Assembly (NCBI GenBank): GCA_043228905.1
Contig: JBHGNT010000014.1
Span: 4,402,001-4,466,000, forward strand
Direction: 5' to 3'
DNA length: 64,000 nt
DNA from: Azolla caroliniana
Lineage: Eukaryota; Plantae; Polypodiophyta
Part shown: piece by piece, positions 35,892-47,416 of the stretch
Layout of the letters: each line of letters begins with the position of its first letter
Numbering within the stretch: position 1 is the first letter of the stretch
The notes under the pieces: generated by a model
What the model saw: the letters and a program-made list of their open reading frames with translations, nothing else
Told to the model about the DNA's origin: nothing
Databases searched by the model: none
Program-made: the position numbers and the translations under genes

Positions 35892-36197
35892 TGTTGAGAA
35901 TCAAGCTCAGCCTAGTCTAATGTGTGAACACCCTTGAGAGTGTATGAACACTCAAAGGTCAAAAGTCACACCACTACTCTCTACACATTAACTATGTGTC
36001 ATAGAATCATATTCTATGACACATAACTAATGATTTTCCACATTCCCCATGACCGATGAGCTTCGGTAGTTAATGAAGAGAGAGGGTGACTATATAAAGC
36101 ACCCTCCTCCTACTTTGTAATGTGTCGGTTAATCAATGATACACAATGTTGTCCCTTCTCTTTTATTGTTTTCTTCTTCTTCTTCTTCTTGTCTCTC

Positions 36198-36269
<72 letters not shown>

Positions 36270-37690
36270 ACATAACACACATCTCTAACCTATTCCGTTG
36301 CACAAGAATCACCATTGATTCTTTACATGGTATCAGACTTAGTAGCTCGATCTAGCCCATCCGCATGTGTTGTGTCTACATAGTTCGTATTCAAGAGAAA
36401 ACCCGATCTACTGTGACAACATGAGCAGCATGCAACTCGCCAAGAACCCTATGTTCCATGCTCGGACAAAGCACATAGAAGTGTACTATCACTTTGTGCG
36501 CGAGCGGGTCCTAAGCGATGAAGTCGAACTCCGGTATGTCTGGATGGATCGACAGGTTACCGACAACTTCACCAAGGCCCTTGGAAATGACAAGTTGCAA
36601 CATTTTTCAGAGATGCTTGGTCTTCAACATCTCGACATGCCACACTTGAGGAGGAGAACCAGAACAAAAACCAGAAAGGCAGGTAATGGCACCAAACAAG
36701 GTGCCAGAGAGAAGGAAACTGAAACAGGGGGAGACAAGGTGAAAAAGGGAGCCGAGTCGACTAAGAAGTCGGCACATCCGAAAAAGTCGGAACAAGTGGC
36801 AACGGCGGCAGAGTCAAGAAGGATAGAACCAACCGGAAGAAGAAGGCCACGACCTAGACATGGTTTGATGTGGTAAAGGGCCCGAAGATTGAGGATGAAT
36901 TGGAGACAACCAATTCAGACAAGAGTTGGAACGAATCGGAAGCACCTGATTTGGAAGAGGCGTTCGATTCGAAGGAGCTGAATCGATTGGCCAAGCAGAT
37001 CGAGAAGCACCAGGACCACGACAGTGAGGGAGCTAACAAGGGCCAAGGGAGCAGACAAACCGACCGAGAAGGTTGAGGTGCGCAGAACCGGACCGGTTGT
37101 GGGAAGAGGGACCGGACCGGACAAGGAGCGCAAGCCACGCGGGAAGATGCCAGGCATAGCCGGATGAAACGGCCGGCAGACACACATATCGATCCGACCT
37201 CAAGTTGAGCTTGAGGGGGAGTGTTGAGCAGACAAGCTCAACCGGATCCGGATTGGCTGAGTAAACCAAAGTCGGATCGGTATCCGAAACGGAGAACCGG
37301 ATAGGTACCCGGATAGATCGGAATCCAAAACCTAGAGCCAGACCAGAGAACCGGATCGTACTCCAGGATAGTGAGAATCGGTAGGCCGTTGGAGCCTATG
37401 GTCCTAGCCTAGTACATAGGCATATGTCTTGGAGTCGGTGTCAGTCGCTCGTATGAGTATTGAAGTACATGTTAGTACTTCTGTCAGTCCTTTAAGGACT
37501 TGTATAAAAGTGCTCACTAAGCACATTGTATGTATAGAGTGTTATTATTTTGAGTTGAGTTCATGCTATTCTGCTCTCTTTATCTCTCTCGTGTACTGTG
37601 TACTCTTATGCTTCCATTAAACCTTCATTTCTGTTTCTATTGTTATCCGGCTGAGCCGGTTTATCTAGCTTCCGCATATTAACTTTTGCA
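35892..37690 (+). mobile_element. Chimeric or deleted Copia remnant
   Basis: LTR 35892-36327 plus iMet PBS jumps directly to an RNase H end (ARTKHIEVYYHF), a PPT and a non-matching Copia A/C-type LTR at 37222-37690. Confidence 0.7.
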
Positions 37691-39274
37691 AACTTGAATA
37701 AATATGTTTGTTCACCTAGATTACAATCAAGCTCAACAACACCAGTTATAGAGTCTTTCAATTCATCAACTCATCCATTTGATTTTCTTCTAGTTTCTTG
37801 TGCGTATTATCTATCCGTGACAGCAGCTGGTGGTGCCTATGACATAGGCAAGGTCAGGTCAAGTGGCCACCATCGCAAACAGGAGACTTCCTATCGCCGA
37901 TGCGTAGGGTATCTTCTTTATCTGCTCAGTCTCAACCTCTATAGAGGGAGACCCCTTGTCGGATAGTCGGATTGACGTCGGGAGTGGAGTCAATGTCAGC
38001 TTCGATTCGTCCATGTTGAACTGCCTCAACACCTTCCGGATATAGTTGGTTTGGGAGAGCAGTAGGATCTTCTTTGTCCGATCTCACTCTATCCTCATAT
38101 CCAAAAATGTTGGGCCTCTCCAAGTTCCTTCATCAAGAATTCAACAAGCTCCCATGTGTCATTTTGTTGGATTGGGTCCATTTTTCATCGCACGGCTTGT
38201 TGCCATGTTTCGGCATACTGTGTGGTTATGTAGCCACATCCGAAGCGGCGAAAGAAGCACTTTGGCTTGGTCGACTAACCTGCACATTTCAACAAGTTGA
38301 CCCGAATTCGGCTCTAGTTGTCTTCAACAATAGTCAGAGTCCTGTCGCATTGTCGAAGAATCATGTACATCACAATGCCTCAAAGCATATCTAAGTTCAA
38401 TATCACTTCGTTTGGGATTGTGTGACAAAGGGAAAGCTTGGCTTGGAGAAAGTCTCTACAACCAGCAATGTTGCAAACGGTTGACTGATTTCGGTCAATT
38501 CGGCATAAAATGGGCATAGGTGTGTTTAGCCCAATCAATTCAGGCGCAACGATGAGTTTGGCCCAATCGATTTGAGTATAGAGATAATTTTGCTTAGTCG
38601 ATCTGGCAACCAACTTCAGTCGATAGTAGTTTATCATCTCTTTGTTGTATGTGTACTTTGTCTATTTCTTTACAAATTCTTTTGTAATACTCCCATTACG
38701 GGGGAGTGTCGAATACGGTAAAATAATTGACATATTCACATTACCCCATTGGACAACCTAGAATAGGCTATTCATGTAAATAGCATTAAGAGAAGTTGCC
38801 CTAGATTGGTTAATACATAATCGACTTGCAACCTAGTTTGTAAAGTTGATTGCATTTTGAATAATAAAGTTACTATTGTGTGCCTCTTAGTTTTTCCTCT
38901 CTCTACCTTCTTGTTTCTTGCACTTTGTCTTAGTTAATTCTATCCATCTTGTTCCATATACATCAACCTATTGTTCTTTCAGTATACAATGTTGTGATTC
39001 AATTTACAATTGACGACCACGTCTCCAACATTTACAAAGTACGTAGAGTCTCTCTTTCACACTAGATTGCCCATTGGGCTACATTGGTCTTTCTTTGGTT
39101 TGTTCTATCCCCTTTTTTTTCCTATGCTTGGTTGAGCTTGATGTCTTTTGTTGGTGTCGCGATCTCTCAAAATTGGTGTATCGAGTGTTGGGTACTTAAC
39201 ACATATGAGAGTCAGATAATGTGTGTGTTTTGTATGGACCCACGTATTCTTTCAGTGCATGTGAAATCTAGCAA

Positions 39275-39597
39275 AGGAGGAGGAGAAGGGTATTGTGGGC
39301 AATTTCTCAAAACCATTCTCTATCTCTCTTATACATGCCCTTTAGAGAGCTCTTTAGCAAACTATAGAGGAGAAGGGTATTGTGGGCAATTTCTCAAAAC
39401 CATTCTTTATCTCTCTCATACATATCCTTTGGAAAGCTCTTAAGCAAACAATAGAGGAGAAGGGTATTGTGGGCAATTTCTCAAAACCCTTCTCTATCTC
39501 ACTCATACGTGTCCTTTAGAGAGCTCTTCATCAAGTTGGAGAGAAGCCTTGGGTATTGTGGGCAATTTCTATAAACCCGTCTTTATCTCTCTCATAG
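39275..39597. repeat. ~90-bp tandem repeat x4, with a fifth copy at ~40660-40745
   Basis: GGGTATTGTGGGCAATTTCTCAAAACC...GAGAGCTCTT recurs. Confidence 0.8.
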
Positions 39598-40630
39598 AAA
39601 TTGGCAATAGTTCGAGAGTCTCAAACTCAATCGAACATAACTGAACCACGAAACTGTTTAAACCAAAATGTTATAAAAAATTCAATCTCAAAGCAAACGG
39701 TTTTAGAGACTTTCAAACCTTTAAACTATAAAAACCATGGTTTTGCGGTTTGGTTTTGGTTTTGAAGTTTGGTCAAAATTCAAAATTTCACATTTTAATT
39801 TTAAAAATTTTCAATTATTTCAAAATTTAAAGATTTTTCTTAAAATATCAAAATTAAGCTTAAAATGTTGAGAAAATTCTTGAAAATGATTGAGTTTCAA
39901 TCCTAAATCATCGAACCATTTTACACTGCAATTTTAAATCGTTTAAACCAAAACCATTAGCAATGGGCTCAGTTTTGTTTCGGTTTCGGTGCCTTGAAAC
40001 CAAACCAAACCCTTTATATAAAACAAAAACCAAACCAAACCGTTTATGAACATTCGAACATTTAAACCAAACCATTTTAAAAAAAGGTAAACTAAACCAT
40101 TTAAGCAAAAACCGTTTAGGGAAAAGTTAAAACCAAACTGAACCATTTAATAAAAGTTTAAACCTAACCACATTTAAGCCAAGCTAATTAAAAAATTAAT
40201 TAAATAAAAATACACAAAATTAAATAAGCATTTATGTTAAAATAAATAAATAAGATTAATTGAGCCATTAGATTAAATAAACAATTAAGTTAAGTGAATT
40301 AAACTAATGAAAAACATTAATTAAACCATTAAATTACATAAACATTTAATGGATAAGAAAAGATAGCCCAAAAACCTATAAACCCTAGTTTCAAAACTAA
40401 ACTGAACTGAAACCGAACCATTTATTATTAATTAAAACCAAACCAAATCATTTAATTATTTTGGAACTTATAAACCTTTAAACCATGGTTTAACGGTTCA
40501 GTTCGGTTTAAGCTGAAACTGGGCCCATTGCTAAAAACCATTAAACTGAGAAAAGGCTCAAACTAAACCGAAGTGAACCGTTTACAAAGACATGAACTTG
40601 AACCGAACCGTTTTAAACCGATACGCCGTT
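39598..40630. mobile_element. Possible AT-rich non-autonomous DNA transposon remnant
   Basis: Dense AAACC(G/A)/GGTTT motifs in both orientations; it interrupts the 90-bp repeat series. No clean TIR or TSD found. Confidence 0.4.
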
Positions 40631-40744
40631 AGAGCTAGAGCTCTTCAGTAAGAAGGAGAGGAGGAGGGTATTGTGGGCAATTTCTTAAAACCCTTCTCCT
40701 TCTCTCTCGCTCTGTCTGTCTGTCTGAGAGCTCTTCAGCAAGCC

Positions 40745-40880
40745 CTTCTGTAGCAGAATAGGCGGCAGAAGGACAACGGGAGGAGATGCAAGAGCAGGAG
40801 CAGCAGGAGGAAAAGCAGCAGCTGCCCAAACCTCATCGATGTAACGACCGTTTAGAAGACTTTGTTCAGGTTTTCTGTTC

Positions 40881-40915
<35 letters not shown>

Positions 40916-41545
40916 GGACCTTAACTGTATGTGGACTTCGTTTCTTTTCTTAATTTGCATCTGTAATTGAAATGAAAGCCAGAAGATTTGAAGAACGCAC
41001 TAAACTGTGTTTTTTGAAGAGAAATCGGCATATCCTCAACTTTCTCATGATTCTAAGAAAAAAGAAAAAACCAAATAAAAGGTTAGTAACTATGTTTTTT
41101 GAAGAGAATCCAGAACCCCTATTGAAGGGCAACATGATCTGTAGGCCAAAAACCTGTGAATTTCTCGGAAAAACAATTTACGTGTTCAGGCTAACATCGA
41201 CACCCTGGTATATTTTGAATTATGTATATCAACTATTTTCAATCCTTAACTCTGATATGATATTGTGGTATCACATTCCATTTAATGATGAGAAAACTAA
41301 TCATGAAAATTGTGCTTGCACCATGTGTTAAAACATACAAGACTTTCATATTACAATAATAGGAAGCGGATCTCCGTCTCCTCTTTTTCACTTTTCATCT
41401 GGCTTTGTTAAAGGCACTCTTCGAAGACAATTTCCAGAAAAATGTTCCTGCGACATGGAAGCTATTTTGGAAATGCTACAAGTCGAAACCCGGGTATTCC
41501 TTCATCCTGTCATCTGTCAATTGTTTCATCTTGTTGAAGTGAGTT
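40745..41545 (+). other. Possible 5' exons of a host transcript
   Basis: GC/purine-rich segment with ATG (MQEQEQQEEK...) followed by GTAACG, a CT-rich intron-like tract, and a second AG...GTGAGT-bounded block at ~41362-41538. No recognisable domain. Confidence 0.25.
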
Positions 41546-44159
41546 TTAAATTGCTTTTAATGTGATTATTGTTTTCTCTCTACTACTTGATCCAGTTTCC
41601 TCTTACTATACCTACAAAAATTAGTTAAGGGCATGGCAGTAAACAGTCATACATAAACAGAAAAGCATTCCTGCTTTTCTGGCATTTTGACACATCCACC
41701 CTATCTCAATCAGAGTATTCTATGTGTTTGTTTTGTCTTATCATTCCTCTCATGCTCATATCTAAACTACATGTGAATATCTCAGGGACGAGCCAACAGA
41801 ACCATTTTATTTCCTAAAGATCGAGCCACCAGTCAGGAAAGAAAATGTTCTAGATTCAGATTAGACACACAAGGGTTTTGAAAATTTGATGAGAATCGCA
41901 TGTGTGTTTTGAGCGCTTAGATCTTGTACTTGTTGGTAAAAGATTAATTAAGATACATGGTGCTTGATAGAAATTTATAATGTAAAATTATGGTGAATGT
42001 TTTGGGCATGTGAAATAATAATAATAATAATCATAATAATAACAGATAGATGGGGTCTTTCTCGAGTTACTAATTGAAGTTATCTTAACTATTTTAGCTT
42101 TGTTGGGTTACCATAGCAAAGCCATATGCTATAATTTACTTATGTTGTAAGTTTTCAAGTGACTATGGATGATAATTTACTGGGATGTCCAGAGTCCTCT
42201 ATACAGTGTATTTAAGGCACGAATCTTTTACGTTGTGGTTTAGCAAGTAATGTTTTGCTCTTCCTTTTTATCTTATTGTGTGCAAATATCTTTACATTTC
42301 AAATGAGTTCATGAACAGAATTGTTTCAAGTATGTTCATTCGAAAGGGTATCATTGGATGAGGACTGATGGGACATCCATAAGATAGAGAGCTAGACAAT
42401 ATGATTTGCATGATATCATAAGATTCACAAGAATATATCAAGAAGGCTTAGCGTTGTGTCTTCGAAAAAAGATCAAACACATAAGGCTACTTCTAATAAA
42501 TCTGTGCAATCATTGTTTTTCAGTTTCAATGCGTAATGAGAATAGTTTTAAAGTCCAATTGTTTAAGAAATCTATATAGAGGGAGATAGGCGAATCAACA
42601 AATTATCGTTGAAGGTCCGCCCTCTGGCATTAGAAATGGGCACATTCACTGATATGAAATGTCTTATTCTTTGGCTTCTTGTATTTATGCATATGCAATC
42701 ATCTCCACTGGGCATATGCAACCACTGTGGTGTATCATGGCAAGTCACATCCCATTTCCTAACTAATTTCGTTGTGTGGTATTCTGGTTGTTCTTTATAG
42801 CTCATGGTGGGATGTCACAGAGGTTGTGACCTTAGAGTTGTAACTAATGGGGGTATAATAACAAAAGAGAGAAATGGAATGAAATCGTATGTTAGATTAA
42901 TGACTTTAGAATGCCAAAATGATCCCTACTGGGGTATAATAAAAAAAGAGAAATGGAATGAAATTGCATGTTAAATGACTTCAGAAAACCAAAATGATCC
43001 ATAAGACTTCTAGTGATTTCTTATAATGACCGTGTTTGTAACCAAGAAAAGCATGTCATTAAAGTCTAAAGCACAATGTTAAAGCATTGCCTTTACACTC
43101 CATGTAAGGCTATCAACTATAACATGATGGCTTTTGGGGAATAATTGCTTAATAAAATTCTTAAATTAAATGACTTGGACCAGTTTAAAGCGACTATCAT
43201 TTTGACTATTCTAAATGAAGCACAAAATTAATTTGTGTTTGTAAAAGTTCTAGTACAAAATTTATAAGGGGATGTGATTCAATGTGGTCCTTGTGCGTAT
43301 GATTTGTCAATTGTGAGATCATTGGTATGGACCTAAAGGAGAGTTATTGCTTGTCTCGCTTTGAATGTTATGGGAATGACAACATGCCATTCAATTCATC
43401 CCATCATTTCCTTGTAGGTGACCCATACTCATGTAATACTTGCAGAATTCAAGTGGGGGCAATATGATTTAGAGTTTGTTGCTCCAAACATATTCCATTT
43501 AGTTTGAAGTGAACCTTCAAGGTGTGATACAATTGGACTCATTGTCCATTGCAAACATACCCATAGGGTATCTGATGTTGTATGTTGTGTGCGCATCTTG
43601 GAAGATTGTTCATTTAGTTATCATATTGACTTTGTTTCTAGGTTGGAGTATAATTTTAGATAACTTCATTTTTGTGTCTCATTTGGGAAGAAAATGTTGA
43701 ATTTGTGGAATGAAACTTCATTCCACTTACACAGTGTTATTCAATGCATTTGGATTGGTTCTTAGCTTTTGCCAACTTAGGTATTGGTGTCTGTAGCCTC
43801 TAAACAAAAAAATATAATTCTTCACATTGATCTACAAGTACATATTCAAAAGATGTTTGCATGATGAATGGTCTATACTTGTGTTGCTCATATTGCTTAC
43901 CTTACCTTCATCATCTTTGCCCACTTGATTGATACATAGACTACAAGCTATTGATCGTATCATGGCCAATCCATATCTTCGTATTGTTGAACTCATTGTG
44001 GGCTTTAGTGCTTTGGGTTATTTTGGTTTGTGTGGAAGATATATAAATTAGTTTCACATAAATGTTACAACTCATGGATTATGAAAGTTGTTTGTGTATA
44101 TTTATGCTTAATGTATGGGTCATTTTGGCTCACTAATTAGGATGTGTAAATTCATTCGT

Positions 44160-45178
44160 TTTTGTTGACCTTCCGACCGGTTCTATGTTGACCATACGGT
44201 CGTGACAAGGAGTGCGGAATGGTAGATCATCGGTGGGTAGAGCCTAGATGTAAGAGAGGTTTAGGGTTTAGGGGTTTAGGAGGGGTGTAGCGTTTAGGGG
44301 CGAAACTAGTTTGCCGATAGCATTAGACCATGCCCCCCCCCCTAACCCCATGTAATTTTTTCTAATGATAATTACATGTTTTAATTATGTGTCTTTCTCT
44401 CTCTCTCTCTCTCTCCCCTTTAATTAGGTTTTAATCTTGTTTTTAATTAGGATGTTAATCCCCTCGTCTCCCCTTACCCCTCTTTTTAATTTTTAACTAT
44501 GTTTTTAATCTCGTTTTTAGTTTTAACCTTAGATTTAATTATGTTTTAATCTCTCTATCACACACACACACACACACAACCCTCCCCTTACCTTGTTTTT
44601 AGGTTTATGTTTCTAGATTTATGATTATGTTTTAGTTTTTGGATTATGGTTATTTTTTTTCTTATTATGTTTATGTGTTAATAGTTTCCATTAGTGTTTA
44701 TGTTTAGGCTTAGTATGTTAATCCTCTCCCCTCCCCTTACGCCTCGTTTTTAAATTTTAATTATGTCTTTAATCTCGTTTTTTTATTTTTAATCCTAAGC
44801 TTAATTATGTGTTAATTGCCCTCCTTCCCTCCCTCTCTCTCTCTTGCACTTTATTTTTATTAGTATATTAATCCCCTCCCTTTACCCCTCTCTTTTATCT
44901 AACCCCATATTTCTAATTATGTCATCTCCCTCCTCTCTTTCTCTACCTTGTCCTCGATTCGGGTGCGCTCAAATCGAGCTTGGTGTTCCTCTTCGCGTAC
45001 CTCTAGCCGCCGATGATCCACCATTCCACACTCCTTGTTACGACCGCAAGGTCATCAACCCTAAACTCTAAACCCTAATCCCTAATCCCCTAAACCCTAA
45101 ACCTCTCTTACATCTAGGCTCTACCCACCGATGATCTACCGTTCTGCATTCCTTGTCACGGTCGTATGGTCAACATAG
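44160..45178. mobile_element. 1-kb fold-back element with ~95-bp inverted ends and telomeric repeats
   Basis: 44183-44280 is the reverse complement of ~45080-45178 and includes TTTAGGG units. Flanked by direct repeats at 43870-44159 and 45178-45471. Confidence 0.7.
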
Positions 45179-46677
45179 GTCTATACTTTGTTGTGTTGCT
45201 CATATTGCTTACCTTACCTTCATCATCTTTGCCCACTTGATTGATACATGGACTACAAGTTATTGATCGTACCATGGCCAATCCATATCTTCATATTGTT
45301 GAACTCATTGTGGGCTTTAGTGCTTTGGGTTATTTTGGTTTGTGTGGAAGATATATAAATTAGTTTCACATAATTGTTACAACTCATGGATTATGAAAGT
45401 TGTTTGTGGATATTTATGCTTAATGTATAGGCCATTTTGGCTCACTAATTAGGATGTGTAAATGCATTCGTACGAAAATAATTGTTATTAGTCTTGGATT
45501 AGTTACCCCGAATATGGATATTTATATTTTTTGTCTCATACTGAGCGTTTTCATTCTAAATCCACAAGACACATGCCATGCTAAATTTGACTATATTTAG
45601 TGTATGTGGGAAGTTTTGGAATTCAATTTAATATATTTCTTATATGTTTTCTTCCTTATTTGTGACAAAACAAATCATGTAATGTAAAAGAAATAATGCG
45701 GAAGCTAAACACAGATCGCAACCGCCTCAATCGGCTTGCAACAGAAACACAGAGTAGGTAGGTGAGAGAGAGACAGAGAGAGCAAGACAACCAAACCTTG
45801 ATTTCAAAATAATGAACGCTCTATACATACAATATACTCAGAGAGCACTTTTATACAAGTCCTTAAAAGGACTGACAGAAGTACTTACAAGTACTTCAAT
45901 GCTCGTACTGAGTGATTAACACTGACTCCCAAAAGTATGCCTATGTACTAGGCTAGGATTGTAGGCCTCTAACGACCTATCGGTTACACTTAGATCCGGA
46001 CACCGATACGGCTCTCCGTTTTGGACACTGATTTGGCTCTTGGCTTATTCAGCTAATCTAGATCATGTTGAGCTTGCTCGCTCAACTCTCCCCCTCAAGC
46101 TCAACTTGAGGTCAGATTGTTGTATCCGTGTGTGCTGGTCCTTCCCTCCGGCTCCTCCTCGTGTCTTCTTGCCTTGCTCGCACTCCTCAACTTGTTTGGT
46201 TCCACTTTCCACGACCCGTTCAGTTCTGCGTACCTTGACTCTTCAGGTCGGCTTGTCTACTCATAAGGCCCATCTCAACTCCTTTGCTATTGTGACTTCG
46301 ACACTTCTCGACCTATCGGTTCCTCCGTGTCGATGTCGACTTCCGTTGCTTTCGTGTCCGTTTGGCCTTTTGTTGCTCCGGCTCCTTCGAGTCAATCACC
46401 TCTTTCGAATCGGGTACCTCCCTAATTCGTTTCAGTTCTTGTCCGAATTGGTTGTCTCCAATTCGTCCTCATCCTCCAGGCCCGTTTGCTTGCCCCTTCG
46501 GCTCCCCCTGTATCTGTTTCTGGGTTCCTTAGCCGACCCAAAGTCGAACTCCTCATCTGACTCGGCTTTCCGGTCTCTTCCACTCCTTTCTCTATTTCTC
46601 CCCCTCAAGTTCGGCACGTCAAGGTGCTGCAAGCCAAGCATGCTCGAAAATTGCCACAACTTGTCCAAGCCAAGGGG

Positions 46678-47416
46678 TGTTAGGATCGTGATCGGCCACA
46701 ACTGGTTCCTCGTTTATATGTTCGGGTACAAAGAATCTATAATGATAGTGCACAGACAAAAAATAGGAAACGAAACAGAGACACAAAATATTTAACGTGG
46801 AAAACCTGAAAAGGTGAAAAACCACGTCGAGTCCAAAAACTCCAAACAGATCACTATATAGTAGGAGGAATATACAATAAGGCACTCAAAGGCAACGATC
46901 TTGAGTTCTTCTTCATCAGATAGACGGGCCACGGTTATAGAATTACTACTCTCTCTCTCTCTCTCACTCTCTCTCACAGTTACAGAGGCAGGAATAGTAC
47001 TGAAATAGAGAAGAAATTAGTACTAAGAGATGAATATTAATACTAAGAGGAATAGAGGGTGTAGAACACATGAGAGAAGGAGAGGGAGAGAGTGAGAGAT
47101 CGAGGGAGAGAAAATGATGATGACAACGATATATTATGTGAGAAGAATATACAAGGAAGGCTAGGAGGCTTATTAAGACTGGCGTTGAACCGATTTAGTT
47201 TGAAATAATGCCTTGTGCCTCCTTTTATAGTGTTCTCAGGAGTAGTCCTGAAGCTTCTAGAATGTTCCAGAGAAATCTGAAATATACATTAGTTTTCTAT
47301 AGTAAAACTTAAATAAAAATAATATCCTATGTATTACAATACATAGTGTAATGGTCAAGAGCTCAACCCATGTAACATAAGGTCATGGGTTCGAGTCTTG
47401 TCATAGCATGACAACA
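46678..47416 (-). mobile_element. Solo LTR without TSD inside Copia F
   Basis: TGTTAG...ACAACA ends, with TATA and TTTTCCACGTTAAA motifs on the minus strand. Host RNase H lacks the CDN...FTK segment at this junction. Confidence 0.65.
47344..47400 (+). promoter_or_regulatory. tRNA-like Pol III A/B box pair inside an LTR
   Basis: TAGTGTAATGG (47344) and GGTTCGAGTCT (47388) are 44 nt apart, as in tRNA genes; no full cloverleaf. Confidence 0.45.

Larger units (their letters stand above)
18708..38975 (+). mobile_element. Old Copia B acting as host for several insertions
   Basis: Collinear pieces: protease linker (18708-18765, 19778-), integrase (to 20623, 26573-26780, 35400-), RT and RNase H remnants (35760-35891, 38220-38510). 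PPT ACGGGGGAG at ~38698 and LTR from ~38707. Assignment of the pieces after 37.9 kb to this element is tentative. Confidence 0.7.

Noticed and set aside
44250-45102. True telomere or chromosome fusion site
   Set aside because: Only a few degenerate units embedded in the inverted termini of an insertion.
47344-47416. Functional tRNA gene
   Set aside because: A and B boxes are present, but acceptor and anticodon stems do not form.
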